Of a stretch of DNA of 32,000 bases, positions 1 to 8,850 are shown one piece after another (the first letter of the stretch is position 1; each line of letters begins with the position of its first letter). The stretch covers positions 561 through 32,560 of the forward strand of contig CALRPI020000018.1 of assembly GCA_943370025.1 (NCBI GenBank). Reading direction: 5' to 3'. This DNA is from Phormidium lacuna HE10JO (GTDB lineage Bacteria > Cyanobacteriota > Cyanobacteriia > Cyanobacteriales > JAAUUE01). Both the position numbers and the translations under genes were made by a program. The notes beneath the pieces were generated by a model. It worked only from the letters and a program-made list of their open reading frames with translations, ran no database searches and was not told where the DNA came from.

Positions 1-583
1 CAATCTCACTCAACCATTCCGTCTCAGGTAAACGACGATAAACATTGCGATCGCGGCTCATCAGCCGATACCCAATAAATTCCCGTCGCAGGGTAGCACA
101 GTCCTCATGGTGTTGCTTCAATAGGGTATTCACTTCTTGCTCAGAATAATCGCGATCGCCCTCAAACTTTTCCACGAGCCATTTCAACAGCACAAACCGT
201 TTTTTGCGACTAACGGCAATGCTAGTAATGCGATCGTCTGTAATGAAAGACTGCAATACTGTGGTTTCCCAATCCTTTGGCTGCAAATCCTCGGCTAGGG
301 ACTTAATCTGATCTGAGGTCAATAAGTCTCGACTGAAATATTGCAGTTGCTCTACATTGAGACGATAAAGGTGCGTATTCCCCTGTGGGTTGAGGCTGAC
401 TAGGTTGAGGGTCTTCAGCTTGGCGAGATGATGGGAAACAGTTGGAGCTTTCAGACGGAGCAATGCCGCCAACTCTTCCACACTACATTCGCGCTGAGCT
501 AGAACCCCCAACAACTTAAGCCGACTCTCATTGCTGAGGACTTTAAAAAAATCCAATAGAGTTTGTAAATTTTGAGAGGTCAT
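1..583 (-). CDS. ArsR/SmtB-family HTH transcriptional regulator with a C-terminal DUF2087-like region (partial; 3' end runs off the window)
   Basis: My own minus-strand translation from the ATG at 583-581 gives MTSQNLQTLLDFFKVLSNESRLKLLGVLAQRECSVEELAALLRLKAPTVSHHLAKLKTLNLVSL... This is a typical ArsR winged-HTH. The frame stays open to base 2. It is absent from the ORF track because no stop lies in the window. Confidence 0.8.
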   Translation of the reverse strand, partial: MTSQNLQTLLDFFKVLSNESRLKLLGVLAQRECSVEELAALLRLKAPTVSHHLAKLKTLNLVSLNPQGNTHLYRLNVEQLQYFSRDLLTSDQIKSLAEDLQPKDWETTVLQSFITDDRITSIAVSRKKRFVLLKWLVEKFEGDRDYSEQEVNTLLKQHHEDCATLRREFIGYRLMSRDRNVYRRLPETEWLSEI

Positions 584-584
584 A

Positions 585-630
585 AAACTAATTCGATAAA
601 CATCTAATTAGAAGTATATCGAATTAGTTT
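585..630. promoter_or_regulatory. Perfect 14-bp inverted repeat (AAACTAATTCGATA / TATCGAATTAGTTT, 18-nt spacer) in the divergent promoter region; candidate operator
   Basis: The arms at 585-598 and 617-630 are exact reverse complements. The repeat lies between the divergently transcribed ArsR-like (start 583) and TetR-like (start 710) genes. The hexamer CTAATT recurs inside it. Confidence 0.4.
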
Positions 631-709
631 CGCAATTGTCCATATTTTCCTAGACATGGACCACATTTTATTGCTAGTCTTAAAAAGACCGAACAGTCTT
701 TTCTTCCAG

Positions 710-1300
710 ATGTCAAAAGCCCAAGAAACCAAAACACATATTATCGAGCAGGCGGCGACTCTGTTTAATCAGCAAGGATATTCAGGGACATCCGTTTCAG
801 ATTTGATGCGTGCCACAGGGTTAAAGAAAGGAGGTATCTACAACCACTTCCATAGCAAAGATGAATTAGCCTTAGAAGCCTTCGACTTTGCCGTTAATTG
901 TGTGCGCCAGAAATTCATGGGTGCTTTAAAAGGAAAACGTCATGCAGTTGATCGCCTGATTGCCATCCTTAGTGTTTACGAAAATATCCTAGACAATCCA
1001 CCAGTACAGGGCGGTTGCCCAATTTTGAATACAGCCGTAGAGAGTGATGATTTTCATCCAGCTTTACGTGAACGAGCGCAACTAGCAATGGATGCTTGGC
1101 GTGATTTGATTCGACGGATTGTTAGCAAAGGCGTAATGCGCGGCGAATTTCACGCCGAGGTTGATGCAGATATCGTTGCCACAATTTTGATTGCCACCAT
1201 TGAAGGGTCTGTCATGCTCAGCAAACTATATGACGATGCTTCCCATATGGAACGTGGATTAAAACATCTGAAACTTTACATTCAACAGCAACTATTATAG
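710..1300 (+). CDS. TetR/AcrR family transcriptional regulator
   Basis: The N-terminal TetR HTH reads TKTHIIEQAATLFNQQGYSGTSVSDLMRATGLKKGGIYNHFHSKDEL. The track ORF begins at 656, but the ATG at 710 (MSKAQETK) is the more plausible start. Confidence 0.9.
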   Translation: MSKAQETKTHIIEQAATLFNQQGYSGTSVSDLMRATGLKKGGIYNHFHSKDELALEAFDFAVNCVRQKFMGALKGKRHAVDRLIAILSVYENILDNPPVQGGCPILNTAVESDDFHPALRERAQLAMDAWRDLIRRIVSKGVMRGEFHAEVDADIVATILIATIEGSVMLSKLYDDASHMERGLKHLKLYIQQQLL

Positions 1301-1377
1301 CAAGCCACTTAATCTCATACAGCGATTTGCATCCCAATAAACTATACTACAATTTCCGAAGTGCCTGTTATGGTTAG

Positions 1378-1429
1378 GTTTGAGAACAGATAGCTGTCTC
1401 TGCCTGTTCTCAAACTGCTGTAAAGCAGT
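1378..1429 (+). terminator. Two consecutive stem-loops downstream of the TetR gene
   Basis: GTTTGAGAACAG (1378-1389) pairs with CTGTTCTCAAAC (1404-1415). A second hairpin, CTGCT-gtaa-AGCAG (1416-1429), follows. There is no clear U-tract, so terminator function is only inferred. Confidence 0.35.
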
Positions 1430-1470
1430 AAATGAATTAGGGCTGCGATCAAAACAGTGCTATAGTTTTT

Positions 1471-1506
1471 TTAAGTAAAAGAGACCGATCGGTCTCTTTT
1501 ACTTAA
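1471..1506. repeat. 36-nt perfect palindrome TTAAGTAAAAGAGACCGA|TCGGTCTCTTTTACTTAA
   Basis: It is self-complementary over its full length and centred on CGATCG. It lies between the TetR gene and the GST gene, 23 nt upstream of the GST start. Confidence 0.6.
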
Positions 1507-1528
1507 ACCCATTTAATACAAAATATCC

Positions 1529-2239
1529 ATGCTGAAACTTTACTACGCTCGTCCTTCTGCCTATGCTCGACCCGTATGGTTAGCGTTACTAGAAAAGCAA
1601 CTTCCTTTTGAATTAATTCCAGTGGATTTAAGCGGCAAACAATTTGAGCCAGAATTTCTTGCCCTGAATCCTTTTAGCCATGTCCCAGTCTTGATTGATG
1701 GTGATTTTCGAGTAATTGAATCCTTAGCGATTTTGGATTATCTAGAAGCAAAGTATCCCACTCCGGCATTACTTCCTACCGATGCGATCGCTTTAGCAAG
1801 GGTACGGATGGCACAACTGGTTGGACTCAATGAGTTGCTACCTGCGGTCATTAAGTTGATTATTAATGAAAACCAAACTAAAAAATCAGCAGACTATGAG
1901 TTGGCTCGACTACGCGCAATCAATACCTTAGATTTTCTAGAGAACTTATTGGGTGATTCCCTCTACTTTGCTGGCGAACAACTGACCATGGCGGAGATTG
2001 TTGCAGGAACATTTGTTTATAGAATGCCTTCTCTGGGAATTCCTTTAATCAATTATCCAAAATTGCAGGCTTGGTCCGATCGACTCTTGTTGCGTCCTAC
2101 TTGGCGACAAATTGAGCTAAGTTTAGAAGAGTGGAGTAGTTTTAAACGCCACATGAAAGTAATTCCCAAGATTTGGGAGCGCCGCCGTCGTCAACGAATT
2201 GATTCTCTAGATAGAAGCCATGCTAAAAATCCCAAATAA
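1529..2239 (+). CDS. Glutathione S-transferase family protein
   Basis: It has the N-terminal thioredoxin-like GST fold (LKLYYARPSAYARPVWLALLEKQLPFELIPVDL...NPFSHVPVLIDGDFRVIESLAILDYLEAKYP) and a C-terminal helical domain. Confidence 0.9.
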   Translation: MLKLYYARPSAYARPVWLALLEKQLPFELIPVDLSGKQFEPEFLALNPFSHVPVLIDGDFRVIESLAILDYLEAKYPTPALLPTDAIALARVRMAQLVGLNELLPAVIKLIINENQTKKSADYELARLRAINTLDFLENLLGDSLYFAGEQLTMAEIVAGTFVYRMPSLGIPLINYPKLQAWSDRLLLRPTWRQIELSLEEWSSFKRHMKVIPKIWERRRRQRIDSLDRSHAKNPK

Positions 2240-2789
2240 TCAAGTTATCTTCAAAGTTATAGCAACCATCCTCATTGCGATTGTCATGCTTTATCCCCTG
2301 TGGGGAGCCACAAAAAATGAAGCTGGAAATAATGGGGTTTTATCATCGATTGGCACAATGGGTTGGATTACTACTTCAGAAATTGTTGCCACTTTTATTG
2401 TTGGTGTTGCCCTATATTGTCGATCGCTGCAAAAATGTCTGTCATTAGTCCAGCCGAGTTGTCAAGCCATGAAACCAAAAATGGTATGGCTGATGTTTGT
2501 ACCTTTTTACAACATCGTTGAGGACTTTTTTATCATCCAGAATGTTACGCGATCGCTTGAACAAGAAGCGCAAATAAATGAGCGTTTAAAAGACATGAAT
2601 AACTTTGGTAGGGTATCAGGTTTTGCTTGGTGCATCGCTCAGGTTGCCTCACTTTTTCCCTCATCAATTGGCGAGGGTGCTAGTTTTATTGCTCTGACTT
2701 TTTGGGTTGCTCATTGGCGATTGATTGCAAAGGTGAATAACCTGTTAACTATCGATAGTCTCGACAAAAAACAAGTTGAGTTTAATTAG
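2220..2789 (+). CDS. Hypothetical integral membrane protein (possibly DUF4328-like)
   Basis: Several hydrophobic helices are present. VWLMFVPFYNIVEDFF resembles the W-x-P-x-x-N motif of DUF4328, recalled from memory only. The ORF overlaps the GST gene by 20 nt. Confidence 0.5.
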   Translation: MLKIPNNQVIFKVIATILIAIVMLYPLWGATKNEAGNNGVLSSIGTMGWITTSEIVATFIVGVALYCRSLQKCLSLVQPSCQAMKPKMVWLMFVPFYNIVEDFFIIQNVTRSLEQEAQINERLKDMNNFGRVSGFAWCIAQVASLFPSSIGEGASFIALTFWVAHWRLIAKVNNLLTIDSLDKKQVEFN

Positions 2790-2840
2790 CTTTCATTGAC
2801 AAATTCATTGATTCAATTAGCAAAAGAAACCCTAAGAGGC

Positions 2841-2900
2841 TTGTGCCCCCTCCGGGGGCGCAAAACCAGACCTTCTAGCCACTTTATAAATGACCTCTAA
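2841..2900 (+). repeat. Composite ~60-nt element, copy a: GC hairpin (TTGTGCCCCC-tcc-GGGGGCGCAA), 16-nt spacer, then 26-nt box CTAGCCACTTTATAAATGACCTCTAA
   Basis: The same box recurs at 10079-10104 (reverse strand) and 29080-29106. This copy ends 12 nt before the ATG at 2913. Confidence 0.55.
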
Positions 2901-2912
2901 GCGAAGAAAAAT

Positions 2913-3194
2913 ATGCAGTATGTTTTAATCATCCATGAAGTTGAGGCTTATCCAGCTTGGAAAGCCATTTTTGACCAAGCCGCAGATATCAGAAAAAACG
3001 CTGGAGAAATCAGCTATCAATTACTGCGATACGATAATGATCCAAACAACATCGTCCATTTCTCGGAGTGGTCTTCGATCGATAATGCCCGCAGTTTTTT
3101 TGAGTCCAGCGAGTTGGTAGAGATCAGGAAGAAAGCTGGTGTAAAATCACCAAATTTTATCTACCTACAGGAGATAGAACGCGGTGTGTTATAA
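2913..3194 (+). CDS. Small dimeric alpha/beta-barrel (ABM/antibiotic-biosynthesis-monooxygenase-like) protein
   Basis: It is 93 aa. The pattern IVHFSEWSSIDNARSFFES is typical of ABM-fold proteins. The assignment is from memory of the family. Confidence 0.55.
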   Translation: MQYVLIIHEVEAYPAWKAIFDQAADIRKNAGEISYQLLRYDNDPNNIVHFSEWSSIDNARSFFESSELVEIRKKAGVKSPNFIYLQEIERGVL

Positions 3195-3247
3195 CGGTTG
3201 TTATAATGTTGTTATAATTTTGCACAAACTTATTTACATCAACCGTT

Positions 3248-3838
3248 ATGTTGAACAGTAAAACCCCTGACCAGATATTATATCAGGCAAAAATATTCCC
3301 AGTACCGAAGATTAACCTCTTCATTGCAGCAGCAATGGGGGCACTCACAACCTTTACATTTTTAGGCATTGGTTGGTATGTAAAATCTATCAATTTACTC
3401 AATTGGGGTTTGGGTTTACTGATTCTTACCCTGCTGTTAACCACACTGGCGATCGCAATCTTTCGCAAATATCAAACTCAAATTTGCTTAGTCAAGCAGA
3501 CAGATGGCAAAACTTGTTTAATGATCGGTCATAGTTTACGAGTCAACGTTTGGACATTGCCTTTAGAGTATCATTTCTCTTACTTTATGGGCTTAGTAGG
3601 TAAGCGAAATTATCAGTATCCAGCATTATTGCTAACGGTAATGGATCAACACAGCAATTGTATATTAGCCATACAAGAAGACTTGGGGGTGCAGTACCGT
3701 CCACCAGTAGGCTGGCCACTCACCGAATTGGTGGTGCTAGAGCAATTACCAAGCATGACTCATCATTATCGCAATCTATTTTCGCGCCCCCGGTTAGATG
3801 ATTTGAAGTATGTGCTAGATCAGGCGCACAAATCTTGA
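3248..3838 (+). CDS. Hypothetical membrane protein
   Basis: It is a 196-aa ORF with two clear N-terminal TM helices (LFIAAAMGALTTFTFLGIGWYV and LGLLILTLLLTTLAIAIF). I recognise no family. Confidence 0.5.
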   Translation: MLNSKTPDQILYQAKIFPVPKINLFIAAAMGALTTFTFLGIGWYVKSINLLNWGLGLLILTLLLTTLAIAIFRKYQTQICLVKQTDGKTCLMIGHSLRVNVWTLPLEYHFSYFMGLVGKRNYQYPALLLTVMDQHSNCILAIQEDLGVQYRPPVGWPLTELVVLEQLPSMTHHYRNLFSRPRLDDLKYVLDQAHKS

Positions 3839-3965
3839 GGGAATTGACTTGACTCAAAAGAGGTTAAAGCAGGGAGCGATCGAGTCCAAAGAACAGTAAA
3901 ATTGGTCTTGGTGATGCCAAAGACTAACTAGATTTTTATCATAAACTTGACGCTTCTTGAAAGCC

Positions 3966-4496
3966 TTAAGGATAACCTTTAATCAACTTTCCCCTGCTAA
4001 CAAAGGAGATTCCTTGATTGCCTACTGCGGTGATCATGACTGCTTCCACGATCGGCTCAGAAATAGTTTCGATACTCAGCCACTCTACAATAAAATTAGC
4101 TCCCGATCCGCCTTCTCTATCTGTCCTATTGACAACAAAATCTACAGAGGCTAGGCGATCGAGTTGGATAGGCTGTTCTAAATAATTTCTCACCAAATTA
4201 CCTGCACTATTATAGTAACGAACAGCAGTGACAACCATCGGTTTAGTTAAATCTATATTCCGAATACTCAAAGTTGCAGCTAAATCGAAACTTCTTTCTG
4301 AGGTTTCATAATAAATATGGGAATAAATAGGTACATAGATTGTTTGCCCCATTTTCCCTTTGAAGTTTGGTTCTAAAACAATTTTCTTAAAAGTAATTTG
4401 CTTGGTATTCTCAGTATTTTTCTCTCTCTGCTGTTTTACATCACAGCCACTAATAAATATTATCAAAACTAAAAATATTAAAAATATTCTCTTCAT
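3966..4496 (-). CDS. Lipoprotein, DUF3124-like
   Basis: It has a signal peptide plus lipobox (LIIFISGC). The motif GQTIYVPIYSHIYY resembles DUF3124 proteins, from memory. Confidence 0.6.
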   Translation of the reverse strand: MKRIFLIFLVLIIFISGCDVKQQREKNTENTKQITFKKIVLEPNFKGKMGQTIYVPIYSHIYYETSERSFDLAATLSIRNIDLTKPMVVTAVRYYNSAGNLVRNYLEQPIQLDRLASVDFVVNRTDREGGSGANFIVEWLSIETISEPIVEAVMITAVGNQGISFVSRGKLIKGYP

Positions 4497-4647
4497 AAAA
4501 TCCCGGTGATATTCAATGGTGATCGCTTTCCTAGCAAATTACTCATCCCCTGGTAAATTCCTGTCCATAACCTGAAAGTATTCTATCCCAATTTCTTAGG
4601 GAGCCTATCCCATGTACTATTAAGAATTATTCTAAGAGAGGCTAACT

Positions 4648-5346
4648 ATGTATGTTGTAGTGGGTGGTGCAGGAATTTTAGGATTGCGTTTAGCCCAACA
4701 ATTATTAGAGATGGGGCATACTGTGGCTGTAGTTGATATTAGCTCCTCGGTCTGCCAATATGCTCGTGAGAAAGTAGGCGTGATGGCGTTTGAAGGTAGT
4801 GCTGTTAGTACGACAGTGTTGATTGAAGCAGGGATTCGCCGGGCTGGGTTTGTTGTTGCTACCCTCAGCAGTGATGCCTTGAATTTAGCCTTAGTTACTC
4901 TTGCCAAGCACTACCAAGTTCCCCATATTGTCACTCGGATTATTGATACGGATTTTACGGAACCCTACCGAATTGCTGGAGCAAACCATGTGATCAGTAC
5001 GATCGATCTAGCGGTGGCATCTATGGCAAATGCGATCGAATATCCAGAAATTGAATCGATGATGCACTTTGAACAGGGACAAATCGAAGTTTTAAAACTC
5101 TCTATTCCGGGCAATTGTTACGCCGCAGCGAAGACCGTTGCAGAAATTGCCCAAGACCCAAATTTTCCAGCAGGTTCATTAATTATTGGCTATCAACCCC
5201 ATCCCCATGAACCTCTGATGATTCCTAATGGTCAAACCGTCTTAGAAAAAGAATCAACTATTCTAGTGGTCACCAAACCGGAATTAGTCCGACAGATGCT
5301 CAAGTTTCTAGGAGTTTTAAAACCTGACAAACCTGATCAAGATTAA
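4648..5346 (+). CDS. TrkA/RCK-domain NAD-binding regulatory protein
   Basis: It has a Rossmann motif (VVGGAGILGLRLAQQLLEMGHTVAVVD) followed by a TrkA-C-like C-terminal half. Confidence 0.85.
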   Translation: MYVVVGGAGILGLRLAQQLLEMGHTVAVVDISSSVCQYAREKVGVMAFEGSAVSTTVLIEAGIRRAGFVVATLSSDALNLALVTLAKHYQVPHIVTRIIDTDFTEPYRIAGANHVISTIDLAVASMANAIEYPEIESMMHFEQGQIEVLKLSIPGNCYAAAKTVAEIAQDPNFPAGSLIIGYQPHPHEPLMIPNGQTVLEKESTILVVTKPELVRQMLKFLGVLKPDKPDQD

Positions 5347-5421
5347 TCAAGAGATTTTCTGACAATTTACCTACAACTCACTGACAACTTACCCATAAAT
5401 AGCGTTTGGAGTTTATTTCCT

Positions 5422-7065
5422 GTGATCCCAGTAATTCCACATTTTCTAGAGCAGTACCTTCCCGCAAATATTAATTCTATCAATCTTGATCCTGTAGTTA
5501 ATAACAGTCAGGAACCTGTAGCAGAATTAGTGATAATTCTGATCATTTTGCTCCTGGGTGCTACTGGTGTTGCGCTGCTCACCCGACGTTTGCGAGTTCC
5601 CTACGTCACAGGTTTAGTTTTAGCTGGGTTTGTAGTCACGGATATCCTACCCCACCGCACAGGATTAGACCCTGCTCTGGTGTTAAATCTTTTCCTGCCC
5701 ATTTTAATTTTTGAAGCTGGAATCAATACAGATATTAGTCGTCTCCGTAGTACTTTTAAGCCCATCGCTATCTTAGCTATACCGGGGAGTATGGCATCTT
5801 CGGGGATTATTGCTCTGCTATTAAAATTTGGACTGGGAATAGCTTGGATTCCAGCACTCCTGCTAGGCGTTGTGCTGGCAAACACCGATACAGTTTCTAT
5901 GATTGCCGTTTTTAAAAATATTCCTGTCCCTTCCCGGTTGTCTACGATCGTGGAAGGAGAAACCCTATTCAACGATGCGACTGCTCTAATTTTGTTTAAC
6001 TTAATTTTAAAGGCCTATGCAACTGGTTCCTTAACTTTTCTAGAGGTAGTGCAAAACTTTCTATTTATTTCCCTAGGAGGTATTGTTGTCGGCTTAATTT
6101 TGGGTTATCTAAGTATTCCTGTATTCACCCGTCTAGATGATCCCCTCAGTAGCCTATTGTTGACCGTGGCGGTTGCCTTAGGAACTTTTCAGGTAGGACA
6201 ATATTTAAGGGTTTCTGGGGCGGTGGCGGTAGTTGTAGCTGGATTAATTTTTGGGAATCTCGGACTAGCTCGGACTGCTTCTGCTTCTGCCCGGATCACT
6301 TTATTAAGTTTCTGGGAGTACGCCAGCTTTAGTGTCAACACTTTTATTTTTTTGTTGATTGGTGTCGAAATAAACCTGAGTACCCTATGGAATACTTTGC
6401 CAGCTATTCTGTTGGCAGTTTTGGCTTTTCAAACTGGGCGAATTTTGACCGTCTATCCGCTTATGGCAGGAATGCGGTGGATCGATCGCCCCATTCCCCG
6501 CCCTTGGAAACATCTCCTCTTCTTGGGTAATATCAAAGGCTCCCTCTCTATGGCTCTGGCGTTGAGCTTACCCACAGCACTACCGGGGCGAGAAGGTTTG
6601 ATTGCTTTAATTTACGGCTGTGTGTTGATATCCCTAGTGGGTCAGGGTTCCAGCCTACCTTGGGTTGTAAAACGCTTAAATTTAGCTAAGCTTTCTGAAG
6701 GTAAGCAGGAGATCGAAGAATTGCAAGCTCAGTTAATCACCTCTAAGGCTGCCCAAGATGAATTAGATACTTTATTAAAATCGGGGGTGTTACCCAAGGC
6801 GGTCTATGAAGAGATGCGATCGGGCTATCAGGTACGAGTGGCAGGGGCAGAAAAATCCCTCCGGGAAATCTACAATCGCCGTCTAGATGACTTTGATCCG
6901 AAGCGGGGAGCGATCGAAAAACTTGATGCCATCCGTCGCCGTTTATTACTAGCCGAAAAATCTGCCCTCAACGAAGCCATCCGCAAGCGTATTCTCTCGG
7001 AAGCAATTGTGAGCGATCGTCTCAAGGAACTCGATCGACAACTACTAATGCTCGAAGATGATTAA
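5422..7065 (+). CDS. CPA1-family Na+/H+ (cation/proton) antiporter with a long cytoplasmic helical tail
   Basis: It is polytopic with about 11-12 TM helices. The SRLSTIVEGETLFNDATALILF motif is typical of NhaP/NHE-type exchangers. The last ~120 aa are charged and coiled-coil-like. The start codon is GTG. Confidence 0.85.
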   Translation: MIPVIPHFLEQYLPANINSINLDPVVNNSQEPVAELVIILIILLLGATGVALLTRRLRVPYVTGLVLAGFVVTDILPHRTGLDPALVLNLFLPILIFEAGINTDISRLRSTFKPIAILAIPGSMASSGIIALLLKFGLGIAWIPALLLGVVLANTDTVSMIAVFKNIPVPSRLSTIVEGETLFNDATALILFNLILKAYATGSLTFLEVVQNFLFISLGGIVVGLILGYLSIPVFTRLDDPLSSLLLTVAVALGTFQVGQYLRVSGAVAVVVAGLIFGNLGLARTASASARITLLSFWEYASFSVNTFIFLLIGVEINLSTLWNTLPAILLAVLAFQTGRILTVYPLMAGMRWIDRPIPRPWKHLLFLGNIKGSLSMALALSLPTALPGREGLIALIYGCVLISLVGQGSSLPWVVKRLNLAKLSEGKQEIEELQAQLITSKAAQDELDTLLKSGVLPKAVYEEMRSGYQVRVAGAEKSLREIYNRRLDDFDPKRGAIEKLDAIRRRLLLAEKSALNEAIRKRILSEAIVSDRLKELDRQLLMLEDD

Positions 7066-7196
7066 TATTTTTTTAGATCAATGTCTTTGCCAAAACAGCA
7101 ACTTCAAAAGAGTCATATAAACCTTGACTAGCTACTTTATTATTATCTTGGTCAATCTTCAGTGGAATTAAACTAGATTCTTTTAACAACTCAGTT

Positions 7197-7895
7197 CTAT
7201 ACAGCTAAGAATTGTTGGATGACATCTTGGCTGAGTTCGCTAGTTGCTCCAGAGGCGACGATGCCGCCTTTTTGCATGGCGTAGTACCAATCAGCTTGGC
7301 GGACAAAATGCAGATGTTGCTCCACTAAGAGAACCGAGATGCCTGTGGCTTTGACTACTTGTTTGATTGCCGATTCAATATCCAGAATGATTGAAGGTTG
7401 AATCCCTTCGGTGGGTTCATCGAGGACTAATAGTTTGGGTTTGCCCATCAAGGCACGAGCGATCGCTAATTGTTGTTGTTGTCCACCACTCAAATCTCCG
7501 CCCATTCGCCAGAGCATAGTTTTCAGGACAGGAAATAGATCGAAAATTTCTTCAGGAATTTCTTGATTTTTCGGGGGATTATCTAGCGCCTCTAAGCCGA
7601 TAATCAGGTTTTCTTTGACCGTCAAGCGGGCAATAACTTCTCGCCCTTGGGGAACGTAGCCAATGCCTAATCTGGCTCGTTTATCTGGCGAAAGATGATT
7701 GATGGGGCGATCGAGAAAATCCACACTACCTTTGCGGGGTTTGATCAATCCCATAATAGTTTTTAAGAGAGTAGTTTTGCCCACTCCATTCCGACCGATT
7801 AAGCAAATCATCTGCCCTTCAGGAACACTTAGATCCACATCCCGGAGGATATGACTTTCACCGTAGTAAACATCCAAATTAGAAATTTTCAACAT
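7197..7895 (-). CDS. urtE: Urea ABC transporter ATP-binding protein UrtE
   Basis: It has Walker A GRNGVGKT, signature LSGGQQQ and Walker B LLVLDEP. It is the last gene of the five-gene urt arrangement. Confidence 0.9.
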   Translation of the reverse strand: MLKISNLDVYYGESHILRDVDLSVPEGQMICLIGRNGVGKTTLLKTIMGLIKPRKGSVDFLDRPINHLSPDKRARLGIGYVPQGREVIARLTVKENLIIGLEALDNPPKNQEIPEEIFDLFPVLKTMLWRMGGDLSGGQQQQLAIARALMGKPKLLVLDEPTEGIQPSIILDIESAIKQVVKATGISVLLVEQHLHFVRQADWYYAMQKGGIVASGATSELSQDVIQQFLAV

Positions 7896-8026
7896 AGGAT
7901 TTTTGATATTTTGATTTCTCGTTTGCGGTCATGTACCTTGAGGGCGCAAAGCCTTGTGCCCGTAAAATTGGCTGTACCTTATTGACTTAAGAACTGAAAT
8001 TAAGAACAACTAAACTTTTTTTACTT

Positions 8027-8779
8027 CTATTCATGCTCTTCTTGACTGCCTAAGTAAACTTCAATAACCTTGGGATCATTTTGCACTTCCTCGAAGTTTC
8101 CTTCACAGAGGACTGTTCCCTCATGGAGAACTGTCACCTTCCTTGCTATTTGGCGGACAAATTCCATGTCATGTTCAATAACTACGATCGAGTGACTTTC
8201 CGCTAGAGCTAACAATAAACTGCCCACATTTTCGGTTTCTTCATCGGTCAACCCAGCCACCGGTTCATCTACTAGTAATAAATCCGGAGATTGTGCCACT
8301 AACATGCCAATTTCTAGGCGCTGCTTTTCTCCGTGGGAGAGCAATGCTGCCTGCATATCAACTTTGGCAGTTAAACCAACGGTTTCTAGTAAGCCCCCAA
8401 TAGTCTGTTTTTCTTGGCTAGGAACCTTACCAAATAGGGTAGAGAAAACATTTTTATTACGGTTACAAGCAATCTCAAAATTTTCTCTCGTGGTCAGGTT
8501 GAGATAGATCCTTGGAGTTTGAAACTTCCGCCCAATGCCTAAGAGAGCTACTTGATGTTCTGAGAATTTTCTTAAATCTTGCCCCTTAAAGGAAACCTTG
8601 CCGATCGTCGGCTTAACTTTCCCCGTGATGGTATCCAAAAAGGTAGTTTTTCCGGCTCCATTGGGACCAATAATTACCCGTAGTTCTCCGGGTTCCATGC
8701 TGAAGTTAAGATTATTCAGAGCTTTAAAACCATCAAAACTTACTGTAAGATTATCAATTTCTAAGATTTTATCTGCCAT
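8027..8779 (-). CDS. urtD: Urea ABC transporter ATP-binding protein UrtD
   Basis: It has Walker A GPNGAGKT, signature LSHGEKQ and Walker B LLLVDEP. Its position in the operon fits UrtD. Confidence 0.9.
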   Translation of the reverse strand: MADKILEIDNLTVSFDGFKALNNLNFSMEPGELRVIIGPNGAGKTTFLDTITGKVKPTIGKVSFKGQDLRKFSEHQVALLGIGRKFQTPRIYLNLTTRENFEIACNRNKNVFSTLFGKVPSQEKQTIGGLLETVGLTAKVDMQAALLSHGEKQRLEIGMLVAQSPDLLLVDEPVAGLTDEETENVGSLLLALAESHSIVVIEHDMEFVRQIARKVTVLHEGTVLCEGNFEEVQNDPKVIEVYLGSQEEHE

Positions 8780-8850
8780 GGAGTTAATAATTTGGGGGTA
8801 AAAATATCCTGCACAATAGTCAAAGTATTCGCACTAGCTCTAGGGTTAAC

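Noticed and set aside
656-709. An upstream start for the TetR regulator.
   Set aside because: The 18 extra residues (MDHILLLVLKRPNSLFFQ) are not part of the TetR fold. The ATG at 710 is immediately followed by the HTH-containing N-terminus.
2935-3120. A 61-aa alternative-frame ORF inside the ABM-like gene, and the 3957-4154 ORF antisense to the DUF3124-like gene.
   Set aside because: Both are embedded in better-supported ORFs, and I recognise no motifs in either.
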